Positions 8,819-17,532 of a stretch of 64,000 bases of DNA are shown here, piece by piece (within the stretch, counting starts at the first letter, position 1; each line of letters opens with the position of its first letter). The notes under the pieces are model-generated. The model was not told where the DNA came from, ran no database searches, and saw only the letters and a list, made by a program, of their open reading frames with translations. The position numbers and the translations under genes were made by a program. The DNA is from an uncultured Candidatus Micrarchaeota archaeon. Lineage in GTDB: Archaea > Micrarchaeota > Micrarchaeia > Anstonellales > Bilamarchaeaceae. The stretch lies in assembly GCA_963714085.1 (NCBI GenBank), contig OY970229.1:768001-832000 (forward strand), read 5' to 3'.

Positions 8819-9925
8819 TTACTTTATCGGATTCTTCTCCAGCCGTTCCATGACCGCCTTCACGACCATGGGCCAGGCGATGGTGGCGTCCTCGATGACC
8901 TCGACCTGCCTGCCGCCTTCGGATTCAGGGACGAATTTACCCCAGCTGACCCCTTCGGAGTACGTGCACCCGGACAAACCGCCCCAAAATGCCGGTTCTG
9001 GACAAATCCGAACAGCATAGTGGAACCTCCTGAACCCGCCTCCCTGGCCTATGCGGCTCTCTATTATGTCAAGGTACGGGCCCACCTGCTGCGCCCAGTT
9101 GCGCGGAACACCACCGCCTATAGTGAATATTCCCATGCGCTCGGATTTGAGCACGCGCTCGGTGTAGTCCTCCAGGTCGTAATAAGGATTGTATTTGAGG
9201 GGCGCCTCGCCGCGGATTATCTGCCTGCGCCTGTAGGTCCCGACGTCCAGCGCCATCTCGCTGTCCGTGAAGGCAGGGATGTAGACCGGGACGCCCTTTT
9301 GGTATGCGGATTTGAGTATGCCCCTTCCGGAAGCGCTCTTGGCCAGGTATTCGCCGAGCCTCCGGTTTAGCTCGCTCGAATAGAGCTCCTTGTCCTTGGG
9401 CCAGTCTTCCAGCACGGCTTCGATTATCTTCTCGGTGTCGTCGAGGTTCTTCTCCAGCTCCAGGGTGTCATAGACGCGGTTGTAGCCCTTGCGATAGAGC
9501 TGCTTGTCGTCCATGGTCCCGAACTTGTATTTGAAATGCCTGCCGCCGACGGTCTCCACGAAGCCGTGCGTGATGAGCGCCCCTGTGCTCACTATGGCGT
9601 CTATCATGCTGAGGTCGATCATGTCGCATACAACGAGGCCCATCTTCGCGATGGTCATGGCGCCGGAGAGCGTGAGCACCTTGAAGCATTTCCGGTCGCG
9701 CACCATTGATTCGAGGACATCGGCCGCCTCGCCGACCTCGCGGGCGCCGAAGGACGCCTTCCCCATGGCGGTCACCAGGTCGTCCACGGTCCTGCATTTG
9801 GAGAGGTCGATTGGCGCGAGCGGCTGGAGCCCGTCCGAATACCCGTCGCCGTATTCCTCGGGCTGGCGCCATTCCTTTATCTTCTTCCTCTGCTCGTGGC
9901 TTATCTCCTCTTTCTTTCCTGCCAT
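8819..9925 (-). CDS. Deoxyhypusine synthase family protein
   Basis: PAFTDS, IGGGVP, GGLSGCTYSEGVSWGK (active Lys), DATIAWP. Confidence 0.9.
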   Translation of the reverse strand: MAGKKEEISHEQRKKIKEWRQPEEYGDGYSDGLQPLAPIDLSKCRTVDDLVTAMGKASFGAREVGEAADVLESMVRDRKCFKVLTLSGAMTIAKMGLVVCDMIDLSMIDAIVSTGALITHGFVETVGGRHFKYKFGTMDDKQLYRKGYNRVYDTLELEKNLDDTEKIIEAVLEDWPKDKELYSSELNRRLGEYLAKSASGRGILKSAYQKGVPVYIPAFTDSEMALDVGTYRRRQIIRGEAPLKYNPYYDLEDYTERVLKSERMGIFTIGGGVPRNWAQQVGPYLDIIESRIGQGGGFRRFHYAVRICPEPAFWGGLSGCTYSEGVSWGKFVPESEGGRQVEVIEDATIAWPMVVKAVMERLEKNPIK

Positions 9926-9931
9926 GAGGGT

Positions 9932-10693
9932 TTATTTCCTAGAAAGTGTTTTAAGCGCTGGGGCGAGCTCGTCCGCCAGGTCGCTCGCGCAGAAGTTGTA
10001 GCCGAACCTCTTGACGAGCCGGTTTCCGGCATAGCCGTTGAGATGCGCGCCAGCGACGGCCGCGGTGAAGATGTCGTTCTTGCAGGCGAACGCGGCTATG
10101 AGCCCTGCCAGCACGTCTCCGGTTCCGCCCTTGGTCATGCCCTGGTTGTGGACCTTGTTGAGCACGGTCCGCTTGCCGTCGCTTATGATGTCCGCCAGGG
10201 GGTCCTTCTTGATTATGACGCAGCTGTTCTCCTTGGCCATGGACTCCACGTTCCTCCTAGTGCCCTCGATTCCGAACAGCATCCTGAACTCGCCCTCGTG
10301 CGGCGTGAGTATGGAGCCGGCGGGCACCCGGCCCTTGATTAATTTGAGCCCGTCCCCGTCCACGACCACGGAGCGGGCGTACTCGAGCACGAAATCCACG
10401 TCGAACTTCGCATCAGAGAGGCCTATGCCGAAGAGCACGCAGTCCATCTCCGCCGTGTGCCGAAGGTCCCCCACCACCATGGCTTCGGGTATGCGCTTGA
10501 CCGCGCTGATGAGCTGGGGGTCGTTCTCCCCGGGGTAGAAGTACATCAGGTCCACGAACCTGCGGGCCGCGAGGAGCGAGAATACCGGCGCGCCGTGGTA
10601 GCGCCTGCTCCCTCCTATGACGAGCAGCTTGCCATTCTGCCCCTTGTGCGAAAGCTTCGGCGGGGAATACAGCTTTTTGAGGAACGCGTCCAT
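9932..10693 (-). CDS. nnrD: ADP-dependent NAD(P)H-hydrate dehydratase
   Basis: HKGQNGKLLVIGGS, ILTPHEGEF, GGTGDVLAG. Confidence 0.9.
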   Translation of the reverse strand: MDAFLKKLYSPPKLSHKGQNGKLLVIGGSRRYHGAPVFSLLAARRFVDLMYFYPGENDPQLISAVKRIPEAMVVGDLRHTAEMDCVLFGIGLSDAKFDVDFVLEYARSVVVDGDGLKLIKGRVPAGSILTPHEGEFRMLFGIEGTRRNVESMAKENSCVIIKKDPLADIISDGKRTVLNKVHNQGMTKGGTGDVLAGLIAAFACKNDIFTAAVAGAHLNGYAGNRLVKRFGYNFCASDLADELAPALKTLSRK

Positions 10694-10754
10694 GGTATGT
10701 GAAACATGCCATGGATTATAATTCTTCCGTGAGGGGCTGCCCACTAACATTTAA

Positions 10755-10860
10755 GTGAACTATCCACGCCTAAAGGCGTGGGCTTCCTGTTTCATAGAAG
10801 ATACTTGCCCAAAATGCTTGTAATAGGTAGAGGTCTCTTCTCCGCAGGCTTTATTTCCCG
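10755..10860 (-). mobile_element. Orphan IS200/IS605 right end / TnpB omega-RNA scaffold without tnpB
   Basis: Minus strand CGGGAAATAAAGCCTGCGGAGA...CTATGAAACAGGAAGCCCACGCCTTTAGGCGTGGATAGTTCAC aligns with the 3' end of the tnpB element at about 59933-60016 and ends in TCAC. Confidence 0.8.
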
Positions 10861-10902
10861 GGCCTAAAGCATTTAATTAACTATCTCAACACTATCAACT
10901 GG

Positions 10903-12009
10903 ATGGCGGAGCAATACATAGGGATGTCCATAGCGGTCATCATAGTGGCCGCGTCCATAGCGCTCGCAGGCATACTCATAGGTGTCGGAAGGGCCTTCGG
11001 GTACAAGAGGCTGGAGAACTTCGGCGTGGAGGAGCTCGCCCAGTCCGTGATAAACGCCGCGATAATAGGCGCTCTCGCGTCCGTGATAGCACTCATGTCA
11101 GGCATAAGCTCTACCCTGGTCACCACCCAATGCGGCGCCGGGGACGCCCCGACGCAGCTCGCATGCATGCTCACCGGCGTGAAGGCATCGCTCTTCTCCC
11201 TGCTCCAGGGCACGTCGAGGGCCGCGGAGCTGGTGGGCTATTACCAGACGCTCAGGCTGGACTTCGCGGCGTTCTCCATACAGCCGTTCGTGAACCTGTC
11301 CGGGATGGCGGGTATCCTTTCGGGCCAGATGTTCACCATGCAGCTGCTGCTCATGCTCGTGGAGCTCAACATCCAGCTGCTCAATTTCGTTGCCCAGAAC
11401 TCGCTCCTGCTCCTGCTGCCGGTCGGGCTTGTGCTCAGGACGGTATTCGCCACCAGGAAGGCGGGCGGCTTCCTGATAGCGCTCGCGATAGGGCTCTACA
11501 TATTCTATCCGGCGTTCGTGCTGGTGTTCCCGGACCCGGGGCCGACGCTCGCCAACTCCACCGCCCTGATGAGTAATTTCACTTCCAACAGCCTCTATGC
11601 GACCGTGCCGGTGGTGGACCTGAACAGCAACTACGCGATCGCGGGCAAGCTCGACGTGATGTCCGGCAGGTGCGCGGCCGGTAATTCGTCCGACAATCTC
11701 TCGGGGCTATCATCCGGCAATCTGACCGATAACCTGTCCGGCAACCTGACTGGGAACATGACCTACAACCCATCGGCTAATTCGTCCTGCGCGAACTTCA
11801 CCGCGGCCATGGCGGTACCTGGAGGCACTGCGGATTTCACCGGCGACCTCACGCTCATCTCGGAATCCAACTCCGATGCCCTGGCGCAGGTGCTGCTCTA
11901 TTCCGTGCTCGCGCCCCTGCTCTCGCTCGCCGTGACAGTCGTGTTCGTGAGCGAGGCCGGGAAGCTGCTGGGCTCGGAGATCGGGCTCTCTTCCGTGATA
12001 GACGTCTGA
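10903..12009 (+). CDS. Polytopic membrane protein, CedA/VirB6-like
   Basis: About 6 TM segments; LLPVGLVLRTVFATRKAGGFLIALAIGLYIFYP resembles the CedA core; Asn-rich glycosylatable loop. Confidence 0.55.
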   Translation: MAEQYIGMSIAVIIVAASIALAGILIGVGRAFGYKRLENFGVEELAQSVINAAIIGALASVIALMSGISSTLVTTQCGAGDAPTQLACMLTGVKASLFSLLQGTSRAAELVGYYQTLRLDFAAFSIQPFVNLSGMAGILSGQMFTMQLLLMLVELNIQLLNFVAQNSLLLLLPVGLVLRTVFATRKAGGFLIALAIGLYIFYPAFVLVFPDPGPTLANSTALMSNFTSNSLYATVPVVDLNSNYAIAGKLDVMSGRCAAGNSSDNLSGLSSGNLTDNLSGNLTGNMTYNPSANSSCANFTAAMAVPGGTADFTGDLTLISESNSDALAQVLLYSVLAPLLSLAVTVVFVSEAGKLLGSEIGLSSVIDV

Positions 12010-12014
12010 GACGA

Positions 12015-12761
12015 TCAGAACGCTTTCCCTGCCCAGCTGCCGACGATATACCCGATGACAGCGGCGCCCATGCCTATGAGCAGCATCTCGAGCCCGGCTT
12101 TCCACCACTCGCCCTCGGTCGTCGTCCCTTTGTACGCCCCGGCACCGAAAAGCACCAGCGCGCTCACCGCGAGCGAAGGCACGACTGCCGAGGCAGCCTT
12201 CGTGAGGAAGAACGGGGCCAGGGGTATGAGCGAACCGATGAAGGCCGCGGCTCCGACCACCGCGCCCTCGCGCAAGGGATTGATGTTCTTGCTCTCCGCG
12301 AGCCCCAGCTCCTCGACCATCATGGTTTCGAGCCACAGCTCGTTATCTCCGCATATCTTATCCACGATGCCTTCCAGCTGCCTGCCGCGGAATCCCTTCT
12401 TCATGTAGATGAGCCTTATCTCCTCCCGCTCCACCTCGGGTATCTCCCTCATCTCCTTCTTCTCGTTCTCGAGCTCCTTGTAGTAGTAATCGCGCTGCGC
12501 CTTCCCCGAGGTGTAGGCGACCGCGGCCATGCTGACGGATTCCGCGAACGTGGCCGCCAGGCCGCCCACGAGGATCACGCTGGAGCCTATGTTAGGATTC
12601 ACGAGCACTGCCCCGGCGAGGCCGAGGATTATGCCCAGCACGTTGACGAGCCCGTCCTGGCCGCCTAGGATCACCTGGCGGAGGAGGGTGCCCTCCTGGT
12701 TTTTCGCGTGCGGCTCGTTCTCCATTATCTCAGCATAGGCCTCTCTGACGGTTCTTGCCAT
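12015..12761 (-). CDS. VIT1/CCC1 family Fe/Mn transporter
   Basis: VILGGQDGLV, AESVSMA, MMVEELG, GSLIPLAPF. Confidence 0.92.
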   Translation of the reverse strand: MARTVREAYAEIMENEPHAKNQEGTLLRQVILGGQDGLVNVLGIILGLAGAVLVNPNIGSSVILVGGLAATFAESVSMAAVAYTSGKAQRDYYYKELENEKKEMREIPEVEREEIRLIYMKKGFRGRQLEGIVDKICGDNELWLETMMVEELGLAESKNINPLREGAVVGAAAFIGSLIPLAPFFLTKAASAVVPSLAVSALVLFGAGAYKGTTTEGEWWKAGLEMLLIGMGAAVIGYIVGSWAGKAF

Positions 12762-12821
12762 GATTTCGCTTTCCCAGTGGTATTTTAAATACATTCAGGT
12801 CAAAAGCACTGTGGGAGAACC

Positions 12822-13601
12822 ATGTTTGTCAACAGAGCAATCACAGTCACAGCGCTCGCCGGCGGGCTGCTGGCGCTTGCCGCATCGCTGGTCTATGGCA
12901 ATGCCATGGTGGCGCTGGCGGCGGCATTCCTTTTCTGCATCAGTATCGTGGTGTGGAAATACGGGTACATACTCATACCCATGATAACCCGGGCAGCCAA
13001 CGTGGTGGAGGTCCGGTCCGGCTACGAGGTACCCGCGACCAGGGATTACATAATGAAGAAGACCTCGTCCGGATACTACGCCTCTAAATTCCTGGAGATC
13101 CGATTCTACGAGAGCTCCATGGACAAATCCGAGGCAGACAAGACCATGATGTTCGAGTCCTTCGAGAAGGCGATAGCCGCGCTCAAGTACGTGGTCAAGA
13201 TATCGCTGCTGATATCGGCCGTGGAGCTCTCCAAGGAGCTCGAGGACATAAAGACCAGGCGTTCAGCGGCCGAGGCGAAGAAGGCGAAGTCCGGCTCCTC
13301 CTCGGACGAGATAGTGCGCCTGGACCGGGAGATCGCCATGTGGAACAGGATGCTGGATAGGATAACCAGGGGGGAGAGGCCTGTGGAGCTCATCGCGTTC
13401 GCTTCCACGACATCCTTCGGGCTCACCAGGGACGAGGCGGCTTCCAGGGTGAGCAGGCAGGCCAAGGAGCTCAAGACCGTACTTTCCAGCTCTCTGGGAT
13501 GTGACATCTCCGAGCTCTCGGACCTGGACATGCTCAGGTGCTTCGAGTGGGATCAGTTCTTCCCCACGTCCCAAGAGGACATCAAGGACGAGATATTCTG
13601 A
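12822..13601 (+). CDS. Membrane-anchored protein resembling the VirB4/TraC N-terminal domain
   Basis: 2 N-terminal TMs, then an alpha/beta domain with a coiled-coil insert; directly upstream of the ATPase. Confidence 0.5.
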   Translation: MFVNRAITVTALAGGLLALAASLVYGNAMVALAAAFLFCISIVVWKYGYILIPMITRAANVVEVRSGYEVPATRDYIMKKTSSGYYASKFLEIRFYESSMDKSEADKTMMFESFEKAIAALKYVVKISLLISAVELSKELEDIKTRRSAAEAKKAKSGSSSDEIVRLDREIAMWNRMLDRITRGERPVELIAFASTTSFGLTRDEAASRVSRQAKELKTVLSSSLGCDISELSDLDMLRCFEWDQFFPTSQEDIKDEIF

Positions 13602-13618
13602 GTTGTGGTGGCAGTCAG

Positions 13619-15055
13619 ATGAAGCTTTCCTACCTTTTCTCCAAGGACCTCGCGCGCAAGATGATACTGGTCCATCCGCCGGAGCCGCGCAAGGAGCTGC
13701 TGCTCTCCATGCCCGGCGAGGGCATATACCTCGGCAAGACGAGGTTCCTCCATGCGCCCGTGTTCTGGGACCACCGCAAGCTGATAAACCCGCACATGGC
13801 CGTGGTCGGCATAACCGGTTCCGGGAAGTCGTACCTGGTTAAGACGTTCCTCACCAGGGCCGCGCTCATCTGGAACTCCAACGCACTGATTCTGGACTGG
13901 GTGGGCGAGTACGACCGTTGGGTAAGGCAGGCCGGCGGCCGGGTGATCGACCTGGGCAAGGAGCGGCTCAACCTGCTTGACCTGGTCGGCGGGCTTCCGA
14001 AAAGCTCGAGGATAAAGCAGATAGTCTCCGCCTTGGACATACTGGTGGACCTGAAATCGTTCCCGCATGAGCGCGACGAGATAGAGGAGGCTCTCGAGGC
14101 GGTCTACGGGTCGAAGAAGAGGGCGAACCTCTCGGATGTGGCCAAGTGGCTTGACGGCAAGAAAAGGAAGAAGGCCGCGCGGCTGCTCAAGCGATTCACG
14201 TCCGAGGGCTGCGATTTCTTCGCCGGCGACTCCACGCTGGACATGAAGGCGCTCACCGGCTCCGGGCTCGTGTGCCTGGACCTCCACAGCCTGCCCACCG
14301 AGGAGGTGCGCTCGCTGGCCGGGCTCACCATACTCCAGTATGTGAAGGAGATAATGAGGGCGGAGGGAGCGGCGGAGGAGGCCGGCGTCCGGCTCTTCAT
14401 AGTGCTGGACGAGGCGTGGAAAATCGCCCAGGACGAGCGCTCCGAGGTCATCAGCATAGTGCGCGAGGGCCGCAAGTACAATTTCGCGCTCCTTATGGCG
14501 ACCCAGAACCCCACGGACATGAACAAGACCATATTCTCGAACATAGGGACGATGTTCGTGATGCGGCTAGTGCTCAAGGAGTACAGGGACTACGTGCGCA
14601 GCTCCATCGGCTATTCCCAGTTCATAGACGGCGAGATAGGCAAGTTCGGGGTGGGCGATGCTGCGGTGAACATGATATTCGCGAAGAGGCAGTCGAAGGT
14701 GAACACCTTCCTCATGGACAAGATAGACGGCGAGGAGCCGCTTTTCCTGATGAAGATAACGGGTGATGGCATGGACATAGAGGTGGAAAGGGAGCAGCTG
14801 GTGAAGATGCTTTACGAGCTGGGCCTCACGGAGGACCAGCTGAACCTGATAAAGATGGAATTCGAGAAGAGCGACGGACTCATGGACAGCGAGAAGTTCG
14901 TGGCGACGCTGGAGAAGTTCGGCTACAGCAAGTCCGCCATAATATCGTTCCTGAGGCAGCTGGGCATGGATGAGAGGAACCTCATAAGGACGTTCTCGCT
15001 TGTGAAGATGAGGAAGGCGACCAAGGGCCTGGTCGACGTTGTGCTGGAGGAATAG
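13619..15055 (+). CDS. VirB4/HerA-like (DUF87) ATPase, CedB-like
   Basis: GIYLG, NPHMAVVGITGSGKS (Walker A), FIVLDEAW (Walker B), REGRKY, ATQNP. Confidence 0.85.
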   Translation: MKLSYLFSKDLARKMILVHPPEPRKELLLSMPGEGIYLGKTRFLHAPVFWDHRKLINPHMAVVGITGSGKSYLVKTFLTRAALIWNSNALILDWVGEYDRWVRQAGGRVIDLGKERLNLLDLVGGLPKSSRIKQIVSALDILVDLKSFPHERDEIEEALEAVYGSKKRANLSDVAKWLDGKKRKKAARLLKRFTSEGCDFFAGDSTLDMKALTGSGLVCLDLHSLPTEEVRSLAGLTILQYVKEIMRAEGAAEEAGVRLFIVLDEAWKIAQDERSEVISIVREGRKYNFALLMATQNPTDMNKTIFSNIGTMFVMRLVLKEYRDYVRSSIGYSQFIDGEIGKFGVGDAAVNMIFAKRQSKVNTFLMDKIDGEEPLFLMKITGDGMDIEVEREQLVKMLYELGLTEDQLNLIKMEFEKSDGLMDSEKFVATLEKFGYSKSAIISFLRQLGMDERNLIRTFSLVKMRKATKGLVDVVLEE

Positions 15056-15057
15056 GC

Positions 15058-15762
15058 ATGTCTGAAGAGAAGATTGTGGTGCCGGCGCTTAGGAAGCAGC
15101 AGCTTTCCAAGCTGGCTTCGGCTCTGGGCGAGCTCGGGTTCACCTCCATCAATTATACCAATGAAAGGCTGGTGGTCGAGAGGATCCAGGGCGAGGACCT
15201 CCAGGGCAAGCCGAACCTGGATTACCGGATAACGTTCCTGGAGAATACCATAGAGATGGTCTACGACATCCCTCCGAACGTCTCGAAACGGGTGCGGATG
15301 CTGGAGCTGCTGCCGGTGCTCATGAACGTGCTAACGCTCTCAGAGGGATATTACGACGTGAAGCCCTCTGCGATATTCTCGCAGCTGATAACCCTGCTCT
15401 CGGACATATCAAAGGTCGTTGGCAGGGACGCTGTGGAGCTTTCCGCCGAGCTCGAGGAGCTCAGGTCGAAGACCGATTCGCTCAACGCCAGGTATCAGGA
15501 CCTTGTCGGCTCGAGCGAGGAGAACGCACGCATACTGCTGGAGTGCGAGAGGCGCAGGGACGAGCTGCGCGAGCTCCTGGAGAAGATGCGCGCAATGTCG
15601 GACGAGCGGCTCAGGGAGGAGCTCTACAACTGGCTGAAGATGCACAACGGGGACATAGACATCGTGGAGTTCGGCAAGGCCCACACCGTGCCTCCCGGGC
15701 GCGTGGAGGAGGGTCTGAACATGCTCATCAAGGAAGGCTACATCAAGAGGAAGGTGGAATGA
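15058..15762 (+). CDS. Hypothetical protein with coiled coil and C-terminal winged-helix-like domain
   Basis: Heptad region LSAELEELRSK...; C-terminal VPPGRVEEGLNMLIKEGYIKR; operonic with the ATPase. Confidence 0.65.
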   Translation: MSEEKIVVPALRKQQLSKLASALGELGFTSINYTNERLVVERIQGEDLQGKPNLDYRITFLENTIEMVYDIPPNVSKRVRMLELLPVLMNVLTLSEGYYDVKPSAIFSQLITLLSDISKVVGRDAVELSAELEELRSKTDSLNARYQDLVGSSEENARILLECERRRDELRELLEKMRAMSDERLREELYNWLKMHNGDIDIVEFGKAHTVPPGRVEEGLNMLIKEGYIKRKVE

Positions 15763-15891
15763 ATGGTCGTGAGGCGATACTCCTTCGATATCCTGAAGAA
15801 TTACCCTTCCGAGCGGCGCTTCCTGATAAAAAGGCCGATGGAGAAATCCATTTTCGACAGCCTCGCGCAGATGCTGGGCGTAAGGAAGTAG
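15763..15891 (+). CDS. Putative 42-aa microprotein (not in ORF track)
   Basis: ATG directly after the upstream TGA, AGGTGG SD; MVVRRYSFDILKNYPSERRFLIKRPMEKSIFDSLAQMLGVRK; fills the gap to the convergent gene. Confidence 0.5.
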   Translation: MVVRRYSFDILKNYPSERRFLIKRPMEKSIFDSLAQMLGVRK

Positions 15892-15892
15892 G

Positions 15893-16303
15893 TCAGAGCC
15901 TGTGCCCCAGTTTTTTCATCGCAGCGGTGAGCTGGTTCTCCGGATGCATGGGGTGGTTCGCATCTATCTGCGCCTTGGGCGCGGCTGCGTTCGGGACGAG
16001 CTTCGTTGTCATCACATGCCCGCTCCTCGGGTCGATGTTCTGCTTCATTCTCAGATGAAGGTCTGGTGCAACGACTGAATCTGCCATTGCGGGCTTGGCC
16101 TCGAGCCTTCCGGGCGCGAGCGACTGCCGCAGGCGTTCCATGTCGTTGTCGAAATGCTCCTTCACCACGCTGCTCCTGGTCTCGAATATCCGGGCTGTGT
16201 GTACTTGCGCAGGCTCCAGACCGGTCGCGAGCTGGTTCGGATTGAGGGCGCTGGTGAAAAATGGCGTGGAACCCGTATTGCGCTTATCCGGTTTCTTCTC
16301 CAT
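15893..16303 (-). CDS. Hypothetical protein
   Basis: Own TATA (TTTATAAA, about 16327-16334); no motif. Confidence 0.5.
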   Translation of the reverse strand: MEKKPDKRNTGSTPFFTSALNPNQLATGLEPAQVHTARIFETRSSVVKEHFDNDMERLRQSLAPGRLEAKPAMADSVVAPDLHLRMKQNIDPRSGHVMTTKLVPNAAAPKAQIDANHPMHPENQLTAAMKKLGHRL

Positions 16304-16345
16304 GGCATAATCTAGTCGGAGAATGTTTATAAAACGAAGCGGGGC

Positions 16346-17479
16346 TCAAACCGCCTTGTTTACCGCTTCCACTATGTTCTTCACGACATTCCTGTCGAAA
16401 ACGTCCGGGACTATCCTGTCCCTCGTGGGTTCCTTCACGCTCATCGCTATGCCCTTGGCAGCCGCTATCTTCATGGGCATCGTAATCCTTTTCACCCGCA
16501 GGTCGAGCAGTGCGCGCAGGAAACCCGGGAAGCACAGCGAGTTGTTTATCTGGTTCGGATAATCCGAGCGGCCCGTGCCGAAGATGTCTATGCCGAGCTC
16601 CCTTGCCTGCTCGAGCCATATCTCCGGCGTGGGGTTGGACAGGGCGAACACGATATTCGGCTTCCGCATGGCACGGATGGCGTCCAGAGGCAGCGCGCCG
16701 GGCTTTGAGGCCGAGACGATGATGTCCGCGCCTTTGAACTCCCCGATTCCCCCGGTGAATCCCGACGTGTTGAATCCCGCTAGCACCTGCTTGTGTTCGT
16801 CCAGATTGTTCCTGGCTGATGAGAGCGCCCCCTGGCTGTCGAAGACCACCAGGTCGTTGAACCCTGCCTCGTGCAGGAGCTTCGCGATCGCATTGCCGGC
16901 GCTGCCGGCCCCTATAATGCCGACCTTCACGTGGTCCGGGGTTTTCCCGAGCACCTTGAGGCCGTTGTAAAGCCCGGCCAGCGTGACCATGGCCGTGCCG
17001 TGCTGGTCGTCGTGGAAGACCGGGATGTCGAGCTCCTCCGTGAGCCTCTTCTCTATGTCGAAGACCTTCGGGGTCTCGATGTCCTCCAGGTTTATCGCCC
17101 CGAAGACGGGCGCGATCGCCTTCACGGTCCTGACGATCTCGTCCTCGTCCTGCGTGGCGAGGCAGATGGGGAACGCGTCTATGCCCCCGAACTGCTGCAT
17201 GATGAGCGCCTTGCCCTCCATCACCGGGAGCGCGGCCTCCGGCCCGATGTTCCCTAGTCCGAGCACACGGCTCCCGTCGGTAACGATGGCGACGCTGTTG
17301 CCTTTCATCGTGTAATCATAAACCAGGGATTTGTCTCTCGCTATCTCGAGGCAGGGCTTGGCGACGCCCGGCGTGTAGAGCGTGGCCAGGTCCATTATGG
17401 ATTTTATCTGCGCCTTCGCCGCTATGGAGATCTTGCCGCGGAGTTTTTTATGGATTGGAACCGAGTCGTGCTCTTGCAT
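16346..17479 (-). CDS. NAD(P)-dependent malic enzyme
   Basis: YTPGVA, GLGNIGPEAALPVMEGKA, FHDDQHGTA, GRSDYPNQINN. Confidence 0.95.
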   Translation of the reverse strand: MQEHDSVPIHKKLRGKISIAAKAQIKSIMDLATLYTPGVAKPCLEIARDKSLVYDYTMKGNSVAIVTDGSRVLGLGNIGPEAALPVMEGKALIMQQFGGIDAFPICLATQDEDEIVRTVKAIAPVFGAINLEDIETPKVFDIEKRLTEELDIPVFHDDQHGTAMVTLAGLYNGLKVLGKTPDHVKVGIIGAGSAGNAIAKLLHEAGFNDLVVFDSQGALSSARNNLDEHKQVLAGFNTSGFTGGIGEFKGADIIVSASKPGALPLDAIRAMRKPNIVFALSNPTPEIWLEQARELGIDIFGTGRSDYPNQINNSLCFPGFLRALLDLRVKRITMPMKIAAAKGIAMSVKEPTRDRIVPDVFDRNVVKNIVEAVNKAV

Positions 17480-17532
17480 GCGGACATCGTAGTCGGATAA
17501 TCTTTATAAACTGGAGTCGGGCAAAAGAAATC

